Below, one piece after another: positions 34,494-46,700 of a DNA stretch of 64,000 bases; positions within the stretch are counted from its first letter, which is position 1; the number at the start of each line of letters is the position of its first letter. This DNA is from Bugula neritina. Its lineage: Eukaryota > Animalia > Bryozoa. Below the pieces are notes generated by a model. That model saw nothing but the letters and a program-made list of their open reading frames with translations, searched no databases and had not been told where the DNA came from. Made by a program: the position numbers and the translations under genes. The DNA lies in contig OZ037765.1 of assembly GCA_964035545.1 (NCBI GenBank), positions 32,921,504-32,985,503 of the forward strand, in the 5' to 3' direction.

Positions 34494-35281
34494 CTAGAGT
34501 CCTTGTTGGGCACGCCGGTGCTTGGCTTGGCATGTACGCAGTTTTCGTTTCATACGGCATACGGATCCCTTTAGCTGGAAGAGTCCTGTTGTAGTGTTAA
34601 GTAGGTCTGGCGCCAGCTGGGTGAACTCTTCTTGTAATCGCAGGAGGCGTTCTTCTACTGTGGCTGGGCGTACTGGGTCTGGGGACGGTGTCCGTCTGCG
34701 GCGCAAGGGTGGACTGGGGGACCTGGTTCGTCTCTTCGCCGGTGTAGGGGAGATCTCTCCTTCTTCTGGATATGTAGTTTCCTCGGGGGTGTATGTGATT
34801 TGAGGGCGGTCAGACACCAACGGGGATTGTTGGCGGGCGTTGTCTAACACACGTTGGAACCCCGAGGACAGAACGGCTAATAGCATGGCCTTCTTCACCA
34901 GAGGTCGTATAAGTGTGAGGAACTCCGGGTATAGCTTAGCGTCGACCACGTAGTTTTCTCCAGGGAAACAGCCCGCCGCTCTGTGTCTGGTGACGGGGTA
35001 GGGATACACATCATTGTACCCGCAGGGGCAGAACGTCAGTAGGAGATGAGCATTGACGTGTAGTTTAAGGGAGCGGTGAGAGGCGCAATCTTCACCACAG
35101 ATCTGGCATCTCGTCCGTCCTCTGGACCCCCAGGCTGTTTCTATTTCTTCTTCTGTTTGTGGAGACACCCACCGCCAACGGCGGCGTAGTGGCTCAGGCC
35201 GGTCACCACTAGCATACTCCTCTGGATACGGAGCGGGAAGTGTTCTATCCCGTACCCTGGTTGTAGCGGGTCGAGTGTAAT
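34494..35281 (-). CDS. ORF3 of Gypsy 2: C2H2 + C2HC zinc fingers, RS/P-rich segment, coiled coil
   Basis: CQICGEDCASHRSLKLHVNAH; CPCG...H...C; RRTRSPSPPLRRRRTPSP; heptad-like VEERLLRLQEEF; preceded by a splice acceptor. Confidence 0.85.
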
Positions 35282-35595
35282 CTGAAAAAGTTTCAACAGT
35301 GTTAATACAGTACACTGCTGTGTTGTCAGCTTGAACAGCTTGGCAACTCCTAATTCAGTTACCTCGTAGAGATTTATGGTAGTGAATAGTCAGATAGAAC
35401 ACGTATTGCAATGAGATTATAAAAATCTCTAAGTCAAACTGAGTTCTTACTACGGTATTTCACTAACCTATCTCCAGCTCGATTGACTCGGTGAGTCAGA
35501 GCTGAGCGATGCAATCTAGTTTCGTATTAAGATGTAGTTAACTCACCCCACGATCTGTTGTCGTAAGACATACTGAATGTGTGAAATGGTTTGAA

Positions 35596-38500
35596 CTACT
35601 GCTTAGAAACACGTCTACTCCTGACTGCATCAGCGTATGAAAAGATCGAGCAACGTGGTTGGGGTGCGTGATTAAGACTTTGTGCACCCGGCGGATGAAT
35701 TTTATTTCTATTTCCGCCGATGTAAAAGTTGATATTTCCGTGGTGTTGACAACTCCCACATTTGCTCGATTCTTTTCTCGTACGGTTTTCCCCTAGACTT
35801 TCATGCGTGCCGCTTTTAACGCAGTCACATACGAAGTCCTTCAAGTATGCGGGGGGTTGCCTCGTACGCTGTCCCCTTTCTAGGGGGGGTGACACGCTTG
35901 CCGGTTCGTTAGTAGGGGCCTCTAATGGCGTCTCTACTTCACCGTCAGCAGTCACCTCTTCTTGTTCTCCGGATGGAGCCCCTCCCTCCGTGGGGGTTTG
36001 CACTTCCGGAACCGGCTCGGTTTCTGGAAGTGATGGAATTAGACTTGGCGGTGGCGGACACGCTTCTGTTGGTAGAAGCTGCCGCTCCTCTCTCACCAAG
36101 TTTTCTTCCCGCGGTATGACCACTTCGTATTCAGGTCCATGCCGCCGTCGCCCGCGCGTTGTTGTCTGCCTCCTGGGCTCTAACAACGGGGGGGCTTCTC
36201 CCACTCCGCCGGGGCTAGCCCAATACGGTTTCAAGCGAGACTCATTCTGGATAGATACCTGTCCTGAGCGCTCAATCTTGTACGTATGATTGGGCATAGC
36301 CTCGACAACCACGTAGGGGCCTACGAACTTAGGCTTCAGCTTATCAGCCTGTCCGCGGCGCCTACGGTAATTGACCATCCACACCTTATCTCCCCTTTGA
36401 TAGAGGGGTGGTTCATCGGAATCTTCGTGCCGCACCTTCCACTGCTGTTGGGGCAGTATCTCGTGTGCGGCCTTCATCCGTTCCACTAGTTCACTGGCAT
36501 ACTCGTGGACTGAGTTATCTTGCTCTGGAACGTGATAGGTGAGATGGTCGGGGACACGAGTCTCTCTCCCGAGCATCAAGAGGTTTGGGGTCTCACCAGT
36601 ACTGGTGTGTGGGGTGCTACGGTATGCACGCATGACTTGCGGCAACACCGTATCCCATTCCTCTTGACCTCGTCCAAGGAGGAGACTCCGGAGTGCATCA
36701 CCTAGCATCCGGTTGTTGCGCTCCACCACCCCGTTACCTTGAGGGTGGTAGGGGGTGGTCCTGCTCTGATTTACTCCCCAGAGGCGGCAAAGGTCGCTCA
36801 TCAGTTGAGACTGGAATTGAGCGCCTTGATCAGAGTGTATCTGTTCTGGGAGCCCAAAATAACAGAATACGTGTTGGTCTAGTGCCCTGGCCACTGTTGG
36901 GGCTGATGCGTCTGGGATAGCCAGAGCATCCGCCCACCTAGTAAAGTGGTCGGTTAGTACTAGGATCCAATTATTGCCTCTGGGGGTCAGGGGCATGGGT
37001 CCGACCAGGTCTACAGCGACTACTTGCCAGGGCCTACCAGCGTATAGCCTCCGCCGTCCTGCTTCACCAGGGGGGCGGCTATGCTTACTGGCCTGGCAGA
37101 TCTCACACTGTTTGACTCTGAGCCGGACATCACGCTCCATTTGTGGCCAATACCACCGAAGTCGTAATTTGGACATCACTCGCTTGACCCCTGCGTGGGC
37201 CTGCTTGTGAGTATCCCAAATCAACTCACAGCGGATGGCTGTGGGGCAGACTACCCTCTTCCTTTCCGGGTGTCTGCCGCTGGCAGCTAGAGAGATGGTT
37301 AGCAACCCATCCTGCCCGATCCGCAGCGAGTCCCAACGCTGACAGTATAGCCGGAACTCGGCGCATCCTTGTCGTATGCGTTCCTCGCTGGGTCGTCGCC
37401 CTTCCCTTTTGGCCCGGTATATGTCTGCCACGACTCCAGGCAGCTCTTCTTGGAGCTTCTTCAGCTCTCGAACATTACCGGCCAGTATAGGGTTGGCGCG
37501 GAGGTTTTGTACATCCTCCGGGGACTCATCAACTCTTTGCCTGAGTTGACCTTGATCCCAATCAAACGGTGCTCCGTGATGAGCCAGCGTCTCCAACTCG
37601 CATCGTGGGGGACCTCCATCCCTCCTCTCGATGTTGAGACACTGTTTGCAACCTCCGTCAGGTCGGCGACTCAACCCATCCGCATTGCTGTGTCTCTTGC
37701 CCGGTCGGTGTTCGATCCGGTACAAGAATTCAGCTAGGATTTCGAGCCACCGGGCGACCTGACTAGAGGGCTCTGCTCTCCTGCACAACCAGATCAGCGA
37801 GGCATGATCCGTACGCAGCCGGAACTTCCTGCCATATAGGTATGGTCTGAAGTGCTTCACTGACTTGATTACTGCCAGCAGCTCCTTGCGGGTAGTGCAG
37901 TAATTTCGTTCAGCGGGTGAGAGAGACTTGCTGTAGTAGGCTACTACTACCTCTCGGCCTTCCTGCACTTGTGACAGCACAGCGCCAACATTCTGGTCAC
38001 TGGCGTCCGTGTCAAGGATGTACTCCAGAGTGGGGTCTGGGTAGGCCAAGATGAGCGCCGTTAGTAGGCAGCCCTTGAGGCGGTCGAACGCTTCTTGTTC
38101 GACTGGAGTCCACTGCCACGTCACTCCCTTTGCGGTGAGCCGGTTTAACGGCTGGGCTATGCCCGCAAAGTCTGGTATGTATTGCCTGTAATACCCTACC
38201 AGCCCCAAGAAAACCCGGAGTCCGGTCAAGTCTTGGGGGGTGACCCAGTCTTCTACTGCCCGTACCTTTTCGGGATCCGTTGCCACGCCGTTTCGACCGA
38301 CAACGTGCCCCAGGTACTTGACCTCCGGCTGCAATAGAGCGCACTTGGAAGGTTTGAGCTTAAGACCGGCACCTCAGAGTCTCTCGAAAACCTCCTGCAG
38401 ACGACTGACATGTGTCTCGAAGTCTGGAGAGATTACGATGACATCATCGAGGTAGACCAGCAGTGTCTTCCAATGGAGTCCGCTAAGGACTTGTTCCATC

Positions 38501-40167
38501 AGCCTCTGGAAGGTGGCTGGGGCGGAGGTTAACCCGAAGGGCAGCACCTTCCACTTCCACAAACCGTCCCGTGTGATAAACGCCGCTTTCTCCTGGGCGT
38601 CGGGACTCAGAGGAACTTGCCAATAGCCGCTTAGCAAGTCTAACGTACTGAAGTACTTGCTGCCGGCTAGGGCGTCCAATGACTCGTCAATACGAGGTAG
38701 AGGGTAGGCGTCCTGTATGGTTACGCTATTGAGTTTGCGGTAGTCCACACAGAACCGCCAACTGCCGTCTTTCTTCCGGACCAGTACGACTGGCGAGCTC
38801 CACGCACTATGGGCGGGCTCTATTAGTCCCCGGTCCAGAAGATCTCGTACTTGTCGGCTAACCTCCTTCTCTTTCTTCGGCCCCAACCTGCGGGTGGGCT
38901 GCCGGACAGGGACTGTCCCTGCAGTCAGCGGTATTTCGTGTCTGACAATTCCAGTCAGTCCCACGTCATGCTCCCCGCTGCTGAACACATCACCGTAGTC
39001 GCGTAGTAACTTAGCCATAGCTTGGCGTTCCCGGTTACTCGCGCAGCCGCCACTGGCTGTTTCATATAACTCCCGGAGATGTGTTGGGACTGCCCCTCGT
39101 CCCTGAATAGGGTGTCGAGGGAGTGCCTCTGTCGCATCACCCAGCGACGGGCCTACGTCTCCCTCCTGAACAGAGTGAAAACGGCCCAGCATCGACCCAG
39201 CCGGGAGCTTGATAGGCTCGGTAAAGGGGTTGACGCACTGCACTAAGATCTCCCCTTGCTCAGTCAGCTGATTCAGACTGCTGGCATGTTGGATCTTTTC
39301 GTGCGCGCCTTCAACCACCCCGAGTCCAGAGATCCGGCTACTATTCACCCTGCAGTGAATGGTAGCCCGGGAGCGGCCTGGTATGGTACGGTTGCGTACC
39401 ACTTGCACACCTCCCACTAAAGGGCGGCCGAACTTGTCGACGCAGGCGAGTTCCCGCCTGGACATCATCATTGCAGATCTGCTAAAATCTATGTGACATC
39501 CGTGCCGTTTAAGGAACGGCATCCCGAGGATAGCATCCTCCTTGAGCTGACTGACGATGAACGTCTCTTGGATCGTTTGATCGCGGACTCGTCCCGTCCG
39601 CTCAATTATACCATAGAAGGGAAGGCACGACCCGTCAGCTAGGGTGCCGTATTCCCCTTCGTATGCTTCCATCTCGCCCCTGACCCTAGCGCTGAGGGTG
39701 TCGAAGAGTTGGCGGCTTAAGAGGTTTGTGGTACAGCCCGAATCAATGAGAAAAGTAACAGCTTTGCCTTCCAGTTTACCGGGCAAGAAATAGCTGTTCC
39801 CATGGGGCTGCACCTGAACTCTCCCTTCAGGCCTTACTCTCGCAGGGAGTACCTCCCTCGCTTTGGGTCGCGAAGGAGGTCTCTTGGGGCGGTGATAGGT
39901 AGGCCTCGGGGGTGCCGAGGCTAGATTCTCAGCTACCTTTGTGTGCTCCCATCCAGATTCTTGGACTTGTAGCCCTGTGAATCTGTTGTGAAGGGGCATA
40001 GAAAAGGCAGCCGCGGGGCGAAGCCCCTTGCTGGTCTGTCGTGGCTGTTGCCACTGTTGGTTGCCAGTACGCGGTACCCGTCTGGGTGACCTGCGTTTCT
40101 TCTTCCCTAGAGGTTTCATCGTCGGCCCGCGGAAGGTGGGAACATCTGCGGGCCGCGGTAGTTTAAC
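35596..40167 (-). CDS. pol: Pol of Gypsy 2 (PR-RT-RH-IN), -1 frameshift, one premature TGA
   Basis: FLIDSG, YLDD, TDAS, HHCC and D,D35E motifs; in-frame TGA at 38374-38376 (RL*GAGLKLKPSKC). Confidence 0.93.
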
Positions 40168-41063
40168 CCCTGATTTAGGAAGGGACAATATCGGCGGAAA
40201 TGTCCTTGATTTCCGCACTCCCAGCAAAAACTGACTGTTTCTCCCTGTGGCGGCGCCGATGGCCACATGGGCTCAGAGGCGGTACTCACTGGGTTTTGTG
40301 GTGTCAGTGTTGCTATCAGCTTGGCTAGCATGTCCGTCAGTTGAGTGACTTTTGATGCCGTCGCCAACTGGGACACGGCAGCCGCGGTTTCCTCCCCTTG
40401 TCCCGCGGCCGTGTCTGCGCGGTCTATCTCCACTTGGCGGGAGCTTCCGCGACTTTTATGCATTTGATTAGCTAGGAGGTAAGCTTCCCCCTCAGTCAGA
40501 GCATCTTCAACGGTGGTGACTCCCCTAGCTAGAAGCTGGTGGTGGAGACCCAGATCGTCGACAGATGCTATGAAAGCGTCGAGGGTGTACCTCTCGCGGT
40601 TGACTGGGGGCAAGTCGCTGTACGCGATCTGTGCCAGCTTCATGACCGCGGCGGCATGCTCCCGCAGCGGGGTGCGGGGTTCACGCCGCAACGTCTGCAA
40701 TCGGGCCCTGGCATCTGTAGCAGAGAGGCCAAAGCGGGCCCGCAGAGAAGCAAAGATATTATCAATGTCTACGCCCAGCCCATAGGGCTTGGCTTTGTCC
40801 ATCAATGCCATTCTAAGCTTCAGCAGGGCCACCCTAGGGGGCCACTGAGCGACGTCCATTACGTCGCTAAACTCTTGGATAAATTGTTCCACCTCCTCTT
40901 CACCCGTGAAGGTGGGCGCCTTTAACCTGTAGCGGTCTTCAGCTAGTTCTCGCGGAACCCTTCGCTCTTCTACTACATGGTTAACAGGCATTGTCTCTAC
41001 AGCATTGTCTCTACGCTCACCTTCGATTGCCGGTGGTTGAGTTCCAGCATTTTCAGTCTCCAT
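40116..41063 (-). CDS. gag: Gag of Gypsy 2
   Basis: 315 aa; CCHC knuckle CWECGNQGHFRRYC. Confidence 0.93.
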   Translation of the reverse strand: METENAGTQPPAIEGERRDNAVETMPVNHVVEERRVPRELAEDRYRLKAPTFTGEEEVEQFIQEFSDVMDVAQWPPRVALLKLRMALMDKAKPYGLGVDIDNIFASLRARFGLSATDARARLQTLRREPRTPLREHAAAVMKLAQIAYSDLPPVNRERYTLDAFIASVDDLGLHHQLLARGVTTVEDALTEGEAYLLANQMHKSRGSSRQVEIDRADTAAGQGEETAAAVSQLATASKVTQLTDMLAKLIATLTPQNPVSTASEPMWPSAPPQGETVSFCWECGNQGHFRRYCPFLNQGLNYRGPQMFPPSAGRR

Positions 41064-41075
41064 CTTGGATGCACT

Positions 41076-41093
41076 ATCCCACCGCTGCCACCA
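41076..41093 (-). promoter_or_regulatory. Primer-binding site complementary to tRNA-Leu 3' end
   Basis: TGGTGGCAGCGGTGGGAT directly inside the 5' LTR; complements ...atcccaccgctgccaCCA. Confidence 0.85.
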
Positions 41094-43769
41094 CTGTTAA
41101 GATTTTCAGATTGAGGGTTGATGTGCTATCCAGAGAGTCTATTTATCTACTATAGAACTACACCAGGATAAGTCGAGTGAACGAGTATATTTTACACACA
41201 ACTATACATTATAAAAACACGATACATTATTTCCAAACAAGTTACACATCTAATCTATTTCACACTCTAGCTTCGACTGAGTTAGCAGCGGGAAACTACA
41301 ATTGCTGCTAACTATCAACTACGCTAATTGGCTATCCATTGTTCCGGGTCAATTACGCGACCCTACATGTTGTGCTGCTGGTAGTTCCACGAACCACCAC
41401 ACTATAACCAATACCACATGTATTTTAATAAAATTATGTAGCTGGTGAGTGAACTATAAAATTAAATAGGGATCAAACTTTGAGCAATATTAATAGAAAT
41501 AATATTAGGACAGAGGTTTCCAATTATTAGTATGTGAAACCAAAGGGGAATGGATAACTACTATTAGTATTATTACATTTACTTTATATTTAGTTTTACC
41601 AGTTCGTATTATGATTATCTTACTTTGAATTGTAAAGTATAATAATTATAATATTCATAGTAGTATATTTATATTAGTAATTAATATGTATATTAGTAAA
41701 AACATTTGTTTTAAGTTGCTTGTTTATTAAATTATTCTAAATCCTAATAACGATAATCTTAATATTAGTGATAATCATTATGCTCATCACTGTCCCCAAG
41801 TGCTATCAGTATGACCATCGCAATGTGAACCTAGACGTGAATGTAAAAAGGCACTGCAAAACAGAACATGGGATGGAGGCAGATATCCATACAACAATAC
41901 AAATATCGATATTGAATTTGATAATCATAATTATTATACAAATATAATGATAATAACTACAATGATCAAAAATAAATAATACCAAAGAGTTTTCGAATTA
42001 CTATTCATAAAATCAAAGATCACATTTATAAAGATATAATCATATATATTATTAAATTTAAGTCAATTATACTAATAGCAATAGTAATATAAATAGAAAA
42101 AAGAATCATTGACCAGGAGTAGGTGCAAAATAAAAGTCAATTTTAAGACAAAGAGTAAGAAAAATACTAAATCGATATTTAAAATTACTTATTTTTAATC
42201 TTAGTCACTTACAGTCAGTCTTAGTTTAATTTTTACTACTAAGTCTTTAATTTCAAGTTCATTTTGACAATAAACTTGAAGACTTTAACTAAGAATATGT
42301 ATAATTCAAAATTCCAAACTGGTACAAGTAAAAGTTGCTACTGAAGCTTTGTAATATTATTTTAAATTATTGGTATGATAGCATTATATTTTGATTCATA
42401 GCAATACTGATAGTGACAATTTCAAACATACCCATATCATTACTGTTACAGTTTAAGTTACTATTGCCATTGTGATTGCCGGTAATGAGTAAATATAACT
42501 TAAATTTATATGACTATTACTATTACTATTAGTATTACTATCACTTTCAGTACCGGTCTAGTATCAGTATCACCTTAATTCAAAATCAATGTATAATTTA
42601 TCAAATTACTTTTATATTATCATTTATCAATAATATGTCTATCACTATGATATTATCATGATATTGATTTTTAATTTAAACATAATAAAATCATAGGTAT
42701 AATCATAATGATAATCATAATCATAATGCTTAATTTTACTTTTAGTTCAGGTTCAATGATTTAAGAGTAAGTGAAAGTTACTATAACTATTGCCATTGTG
42801 ATTGCTAGAAATAAGTAAATATAATTTAAATTTATATGACTATTACTATTACCAACACTCAGACTTACTCGGACTCACTCTGTCTCTAACTCCAAGAGTA
42901 AGTCTGAGTCTCAATCCACCAGAGTGAGAGTGACACTGAATTACTATAACTATTACTATAACTATTAGTATTACTATTAGTATTAGCAAAATATATCAAC
43001 CTTATGATTATCTTATTAGTTATTACAATATGTTCGGCATTGATGTTGAACTAAAAATATTAATAGTTATTACAATCACAATGACAATGCCAATATGATC
43101 AAAGACAAATGATTCCAAGCAGTTTCAGTTTGAGTTTGAGTTGAAGGTAAGTTATAAGTTGAAGTAGTACGTAAGTGGTAGTTGATACTGATACTATGAG
43201 TGAGTTACTATCAGTGATAGGTCTATACTCCATACCAATGAACTCAATAATATTACCTATATATTACCATAAATTATATTACTATTAGTATTACCTATAA
43301 TTAAAATATATTCTTTCTTTTCCAGCTCAGTGCTTCATACCCTCTACTTAGTCTAATGCCGCGCACATGACGAGAATGTGAGGTGAATGTCACTCACAGC
43401 TAAAATCGCCAAGGATCTGCAATCCATCACTAGTAGTAGTAGTTCTAGTAGTCGTACTACCAGTAATCTGGCCTCGCTATGGCACTACGAATTGAATGTT
43501 GACAAGACGCATGCATGTTTGCTGTTGGTAAACTAATTTTTACTGAATTTTAATCATGCTAAGCTGCAACCTATTTTCTAATGAAATAATATATTCAATA
43601 ATAATATAATAAATATAATAATTATCATTATGATTATCATTATAATATTTTATCATTTAATTTTATAACTTTTACTTTTAGTTTTAGTATTTTGGTTTTA
43701 CATCAAAATTTACATCATTATGATTATCATTATGATTACAAAATGAAAATAATTATCATTAATCATTAC

Positions 43770-46700
43770 TGTCATAGTTTAATTAGGCTCGCTAGTGACA
43801 CGGCCTGCGCGTGCGTGTCACGGGTCAGATGCTGGTTTTACATGTGCTAATAAAGTCTTCAGTTCTTGTCTCAATCTAAACTTCGCAATGATTTCAATAT
43901 CCTAATACTTAATACTAATAGCATCACATAGAATGTGTGACATGGCGTCGTAGAATGGTCTGGACCTGTCCGGAGATTTAAACAACCGATAAGTTCATAA
44001 CAAGTTGTAGCATCTAATGTATCAGAGAGAGGTCGATTGCCTATTGCCATTGGACTCGTTTATTTAACCTTACGCCTACAGATGAATTAAATAGGAAAAC
44101 GTGTTTAATAGAATATTAATATAATATTCATTCGTGATATTGTTTTTTTTACTAGTCCTTACTGGCGATTTCATGTTATATATAATATTACCTGATGCAT
44201 AGATGTCTGATATTGTTGTATTAGCTGAATTTTATACGTTTCATTTTTAGGCTAACTGATAGTTTGTTTCTTCGTGTGAACATTTGTCTTAGCACTAGAC
44301 GGTTGGTTGCTAAAATGGGGGACTCTCTGAGGCCACCTGGGGAGCTAGATTTTACTGATACGCAAAAATCATGGCCGGAGTATAAAACAAGGTTTGCTAG
44401 ATATAGGATAGCATCTGGGTTGAGTGAAAAGTCTGCGGAGAGACAGGTGAATATGTTGATTTATTGCATGGGACGTGAGGCCGAGGCAATAATAAATCAA
44501 ATTACAGTGAGACAGCCCAGAGCAGCAGTAGCAGCTGATGCAGCAAGAGGGATAATTGCAGTAGAGGCTGAGGATGCAGAGAGGACACTATACGCTCGAA
44601 CTGTAGAAGCTCTAGATGCGTATTTTACTCCAAGAGATAACCATTTACACTATGCTGTTCTATTCATGTCACGCTCTCAGCAGTCTGAAGAGAGTAATGA
44701 GCATTTTATAAGGAGCCTTCATGAATTAGTATCGAGATGCAGTGGATGGGACCAGCAACACAAGGAGGACATGATGCGTATACGCTTGCTAGCTGGTATG
44801 AAAGATAAAGATTTAAGCCGCGACCTCCAAGTAAATGACAATATTACATTAGACCAGATTAAACAGCAGTTAAGAACCAAGGAAATCATTGCTCAGAACC
44901 AGAAAGCCGAACTAGATGGAGAGAGACAAGTATTTACCGTAAGGAACAAACAAGGGACAGATAGTAATCAATATGCCTCGGAGAATAGAGAGAATAAGGG
45001 ACAGAATGGACAGTTGATAAGAGATTGTAAATATTGTGGCAGGGACCATGTAAAAGGACGTTGTCCTGCTTATAATAAACAATGTAACAAGTGTCAGTCC
45101 ATGGGTCATTTTTCAAAAGTCTGTAGAAAGACGAACACGAAACGAGTTAATCAGATCGAAGCTCCCCAGGGTGATAGTTCCGAAGAAGGTGACAATTTTC
45201 ATGTTCATGTAGTGTCAGATGATAGACACATTAACACTGGTTTAAAGGGCAGTATTACGTGTAATAAGTGGACTTTGAATTTTTTGATTAAGGGAGAGAT
45301 TCTTCAGGCCAGGGTAGACACAGGGGCAGAGGTTAGTACAATGTCCAAGAATAGGTTTAGGCAGCTAGGGTTTCATGAGGTAACTAAAACAAAAGCTAAA
45401 CTCTCAGGCTATGGTGATAAATCCATTCCGGTATTGGGCTATGCTAAATTACCAGTAACTATGTCAAGTGGGAAAACAGCTGTGGTCAAATTTTATGTCA
45501 CAGACAATGATAATCAGACTCTGTTGGGCATGCCCGCCATTGTAGATCTAGATCTCTTACCAAAAATGGTGAATCAGGTAAGTGAAAAGCAAGTCAATAA
45601 ACAGCTGTTAGACAAGTATCCCGAGGTTTTCACTGGCCTGGGTAAGTTCGGTGGTGAGGTAAGTTTACTACTTAAGTCAGGAGCTGAGCCGAGGTCTCTA
45701 GCGCCTAGGTTGATACCGCAGAAGAAACGTGGTAAGTTGCAGATAGAACTGAACAGGCTTGTGGACTCAGGGGTCATTGCCAAAGATGTTTCGCCGGCTT
45801 TGTGGCTATTACCGATTGTTCTTGTGAATAAGCCTAATGGTGATCTCAGAATTTGTCTGGATCCACAATACCTCAATAGTCAACTGATCAGAGCTCATTG
45901 TGCTATTCCTACACTTCCTGAAATTTTCTCGCGGATTTCAGGATCCCAGTATTTCACGACATTGGATGCCAAGCAGGGGTTTCATCAGATTCCTCTTAGT
46001 GAGGAGTCGTCTAAGCTTACCAGTTTCATGACTCCTTTTGGCAAATACAGGTGGCTCAGAATGCCGATGGGGATTTGCAATGCCCCCGAGATATTTCACC
46101 AGCGGATGCTGGATGCCATGGAAGGTCTAGAGGGGGTGGAGGTCTATATCGATGATCTGTTGGTACATGCCCCGTCTATAGAAGAGCATGGTAGGAGACT
46201 GGAGGCAGTCTTAGAAAGGTGCAGGCAGTTGGGCCTGACACTAAACCCTGATAAAGTGGAGTTGGCCAAAGAGTCTACTTCTTTCTTGGGACATGAGCTT
46301 TCCCAGACGGGGCTGAAGCCAAGTCACTCCAAGGTGGAGGCAGTCCAGCTCATGACTGAGCCTGAGGACAAAAAAGCAGTACAGCGGTTTCTCGGTTTTG
46401 TCAATTTTATGGCAAAGTTCATTCCTAACCTCTCCGAACATACTTTTCCTTTACGAGAAGTATGCAAGAAAAGTACTCAGTTTGTATGGGGAGTAGAACA
46501 AGACATGGCGTTTGACAAAATTAAAAGGCTTATATCGGACGCTCCGACGTTAGTCCTTTATGATGCAGAGGTAGAAACGACTTTGAGTGCCGATAGTTCA
46601 GCCCATAGTATAGGGGCTGTGTGCTTGCAAAATGGCAGGCCGGTGGAATTTGCAGCTAAATCATTGACCACGTGCCAACAGGGCTACAGCCAGATTGAAA

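Larger units (their letters stand above)
33896..41401 (-). mobile_element. Ty3/Gypsy LTR retrotransposon 2 (recent, near-intact)
   Basis: 307-bp LTRs 33896-34202 and 41095-41401 with two visible mismatches; TSD CTAT; PBS 41076-41093; PPT next to 34203; gag, pol and ORF3. Confidence 0.97.

Noticed and set aside
35762-40925. Antisense ORFs over Gypsy 2 gag/pol
   Set aside because: Shadow frames of GC-rich coding sequence
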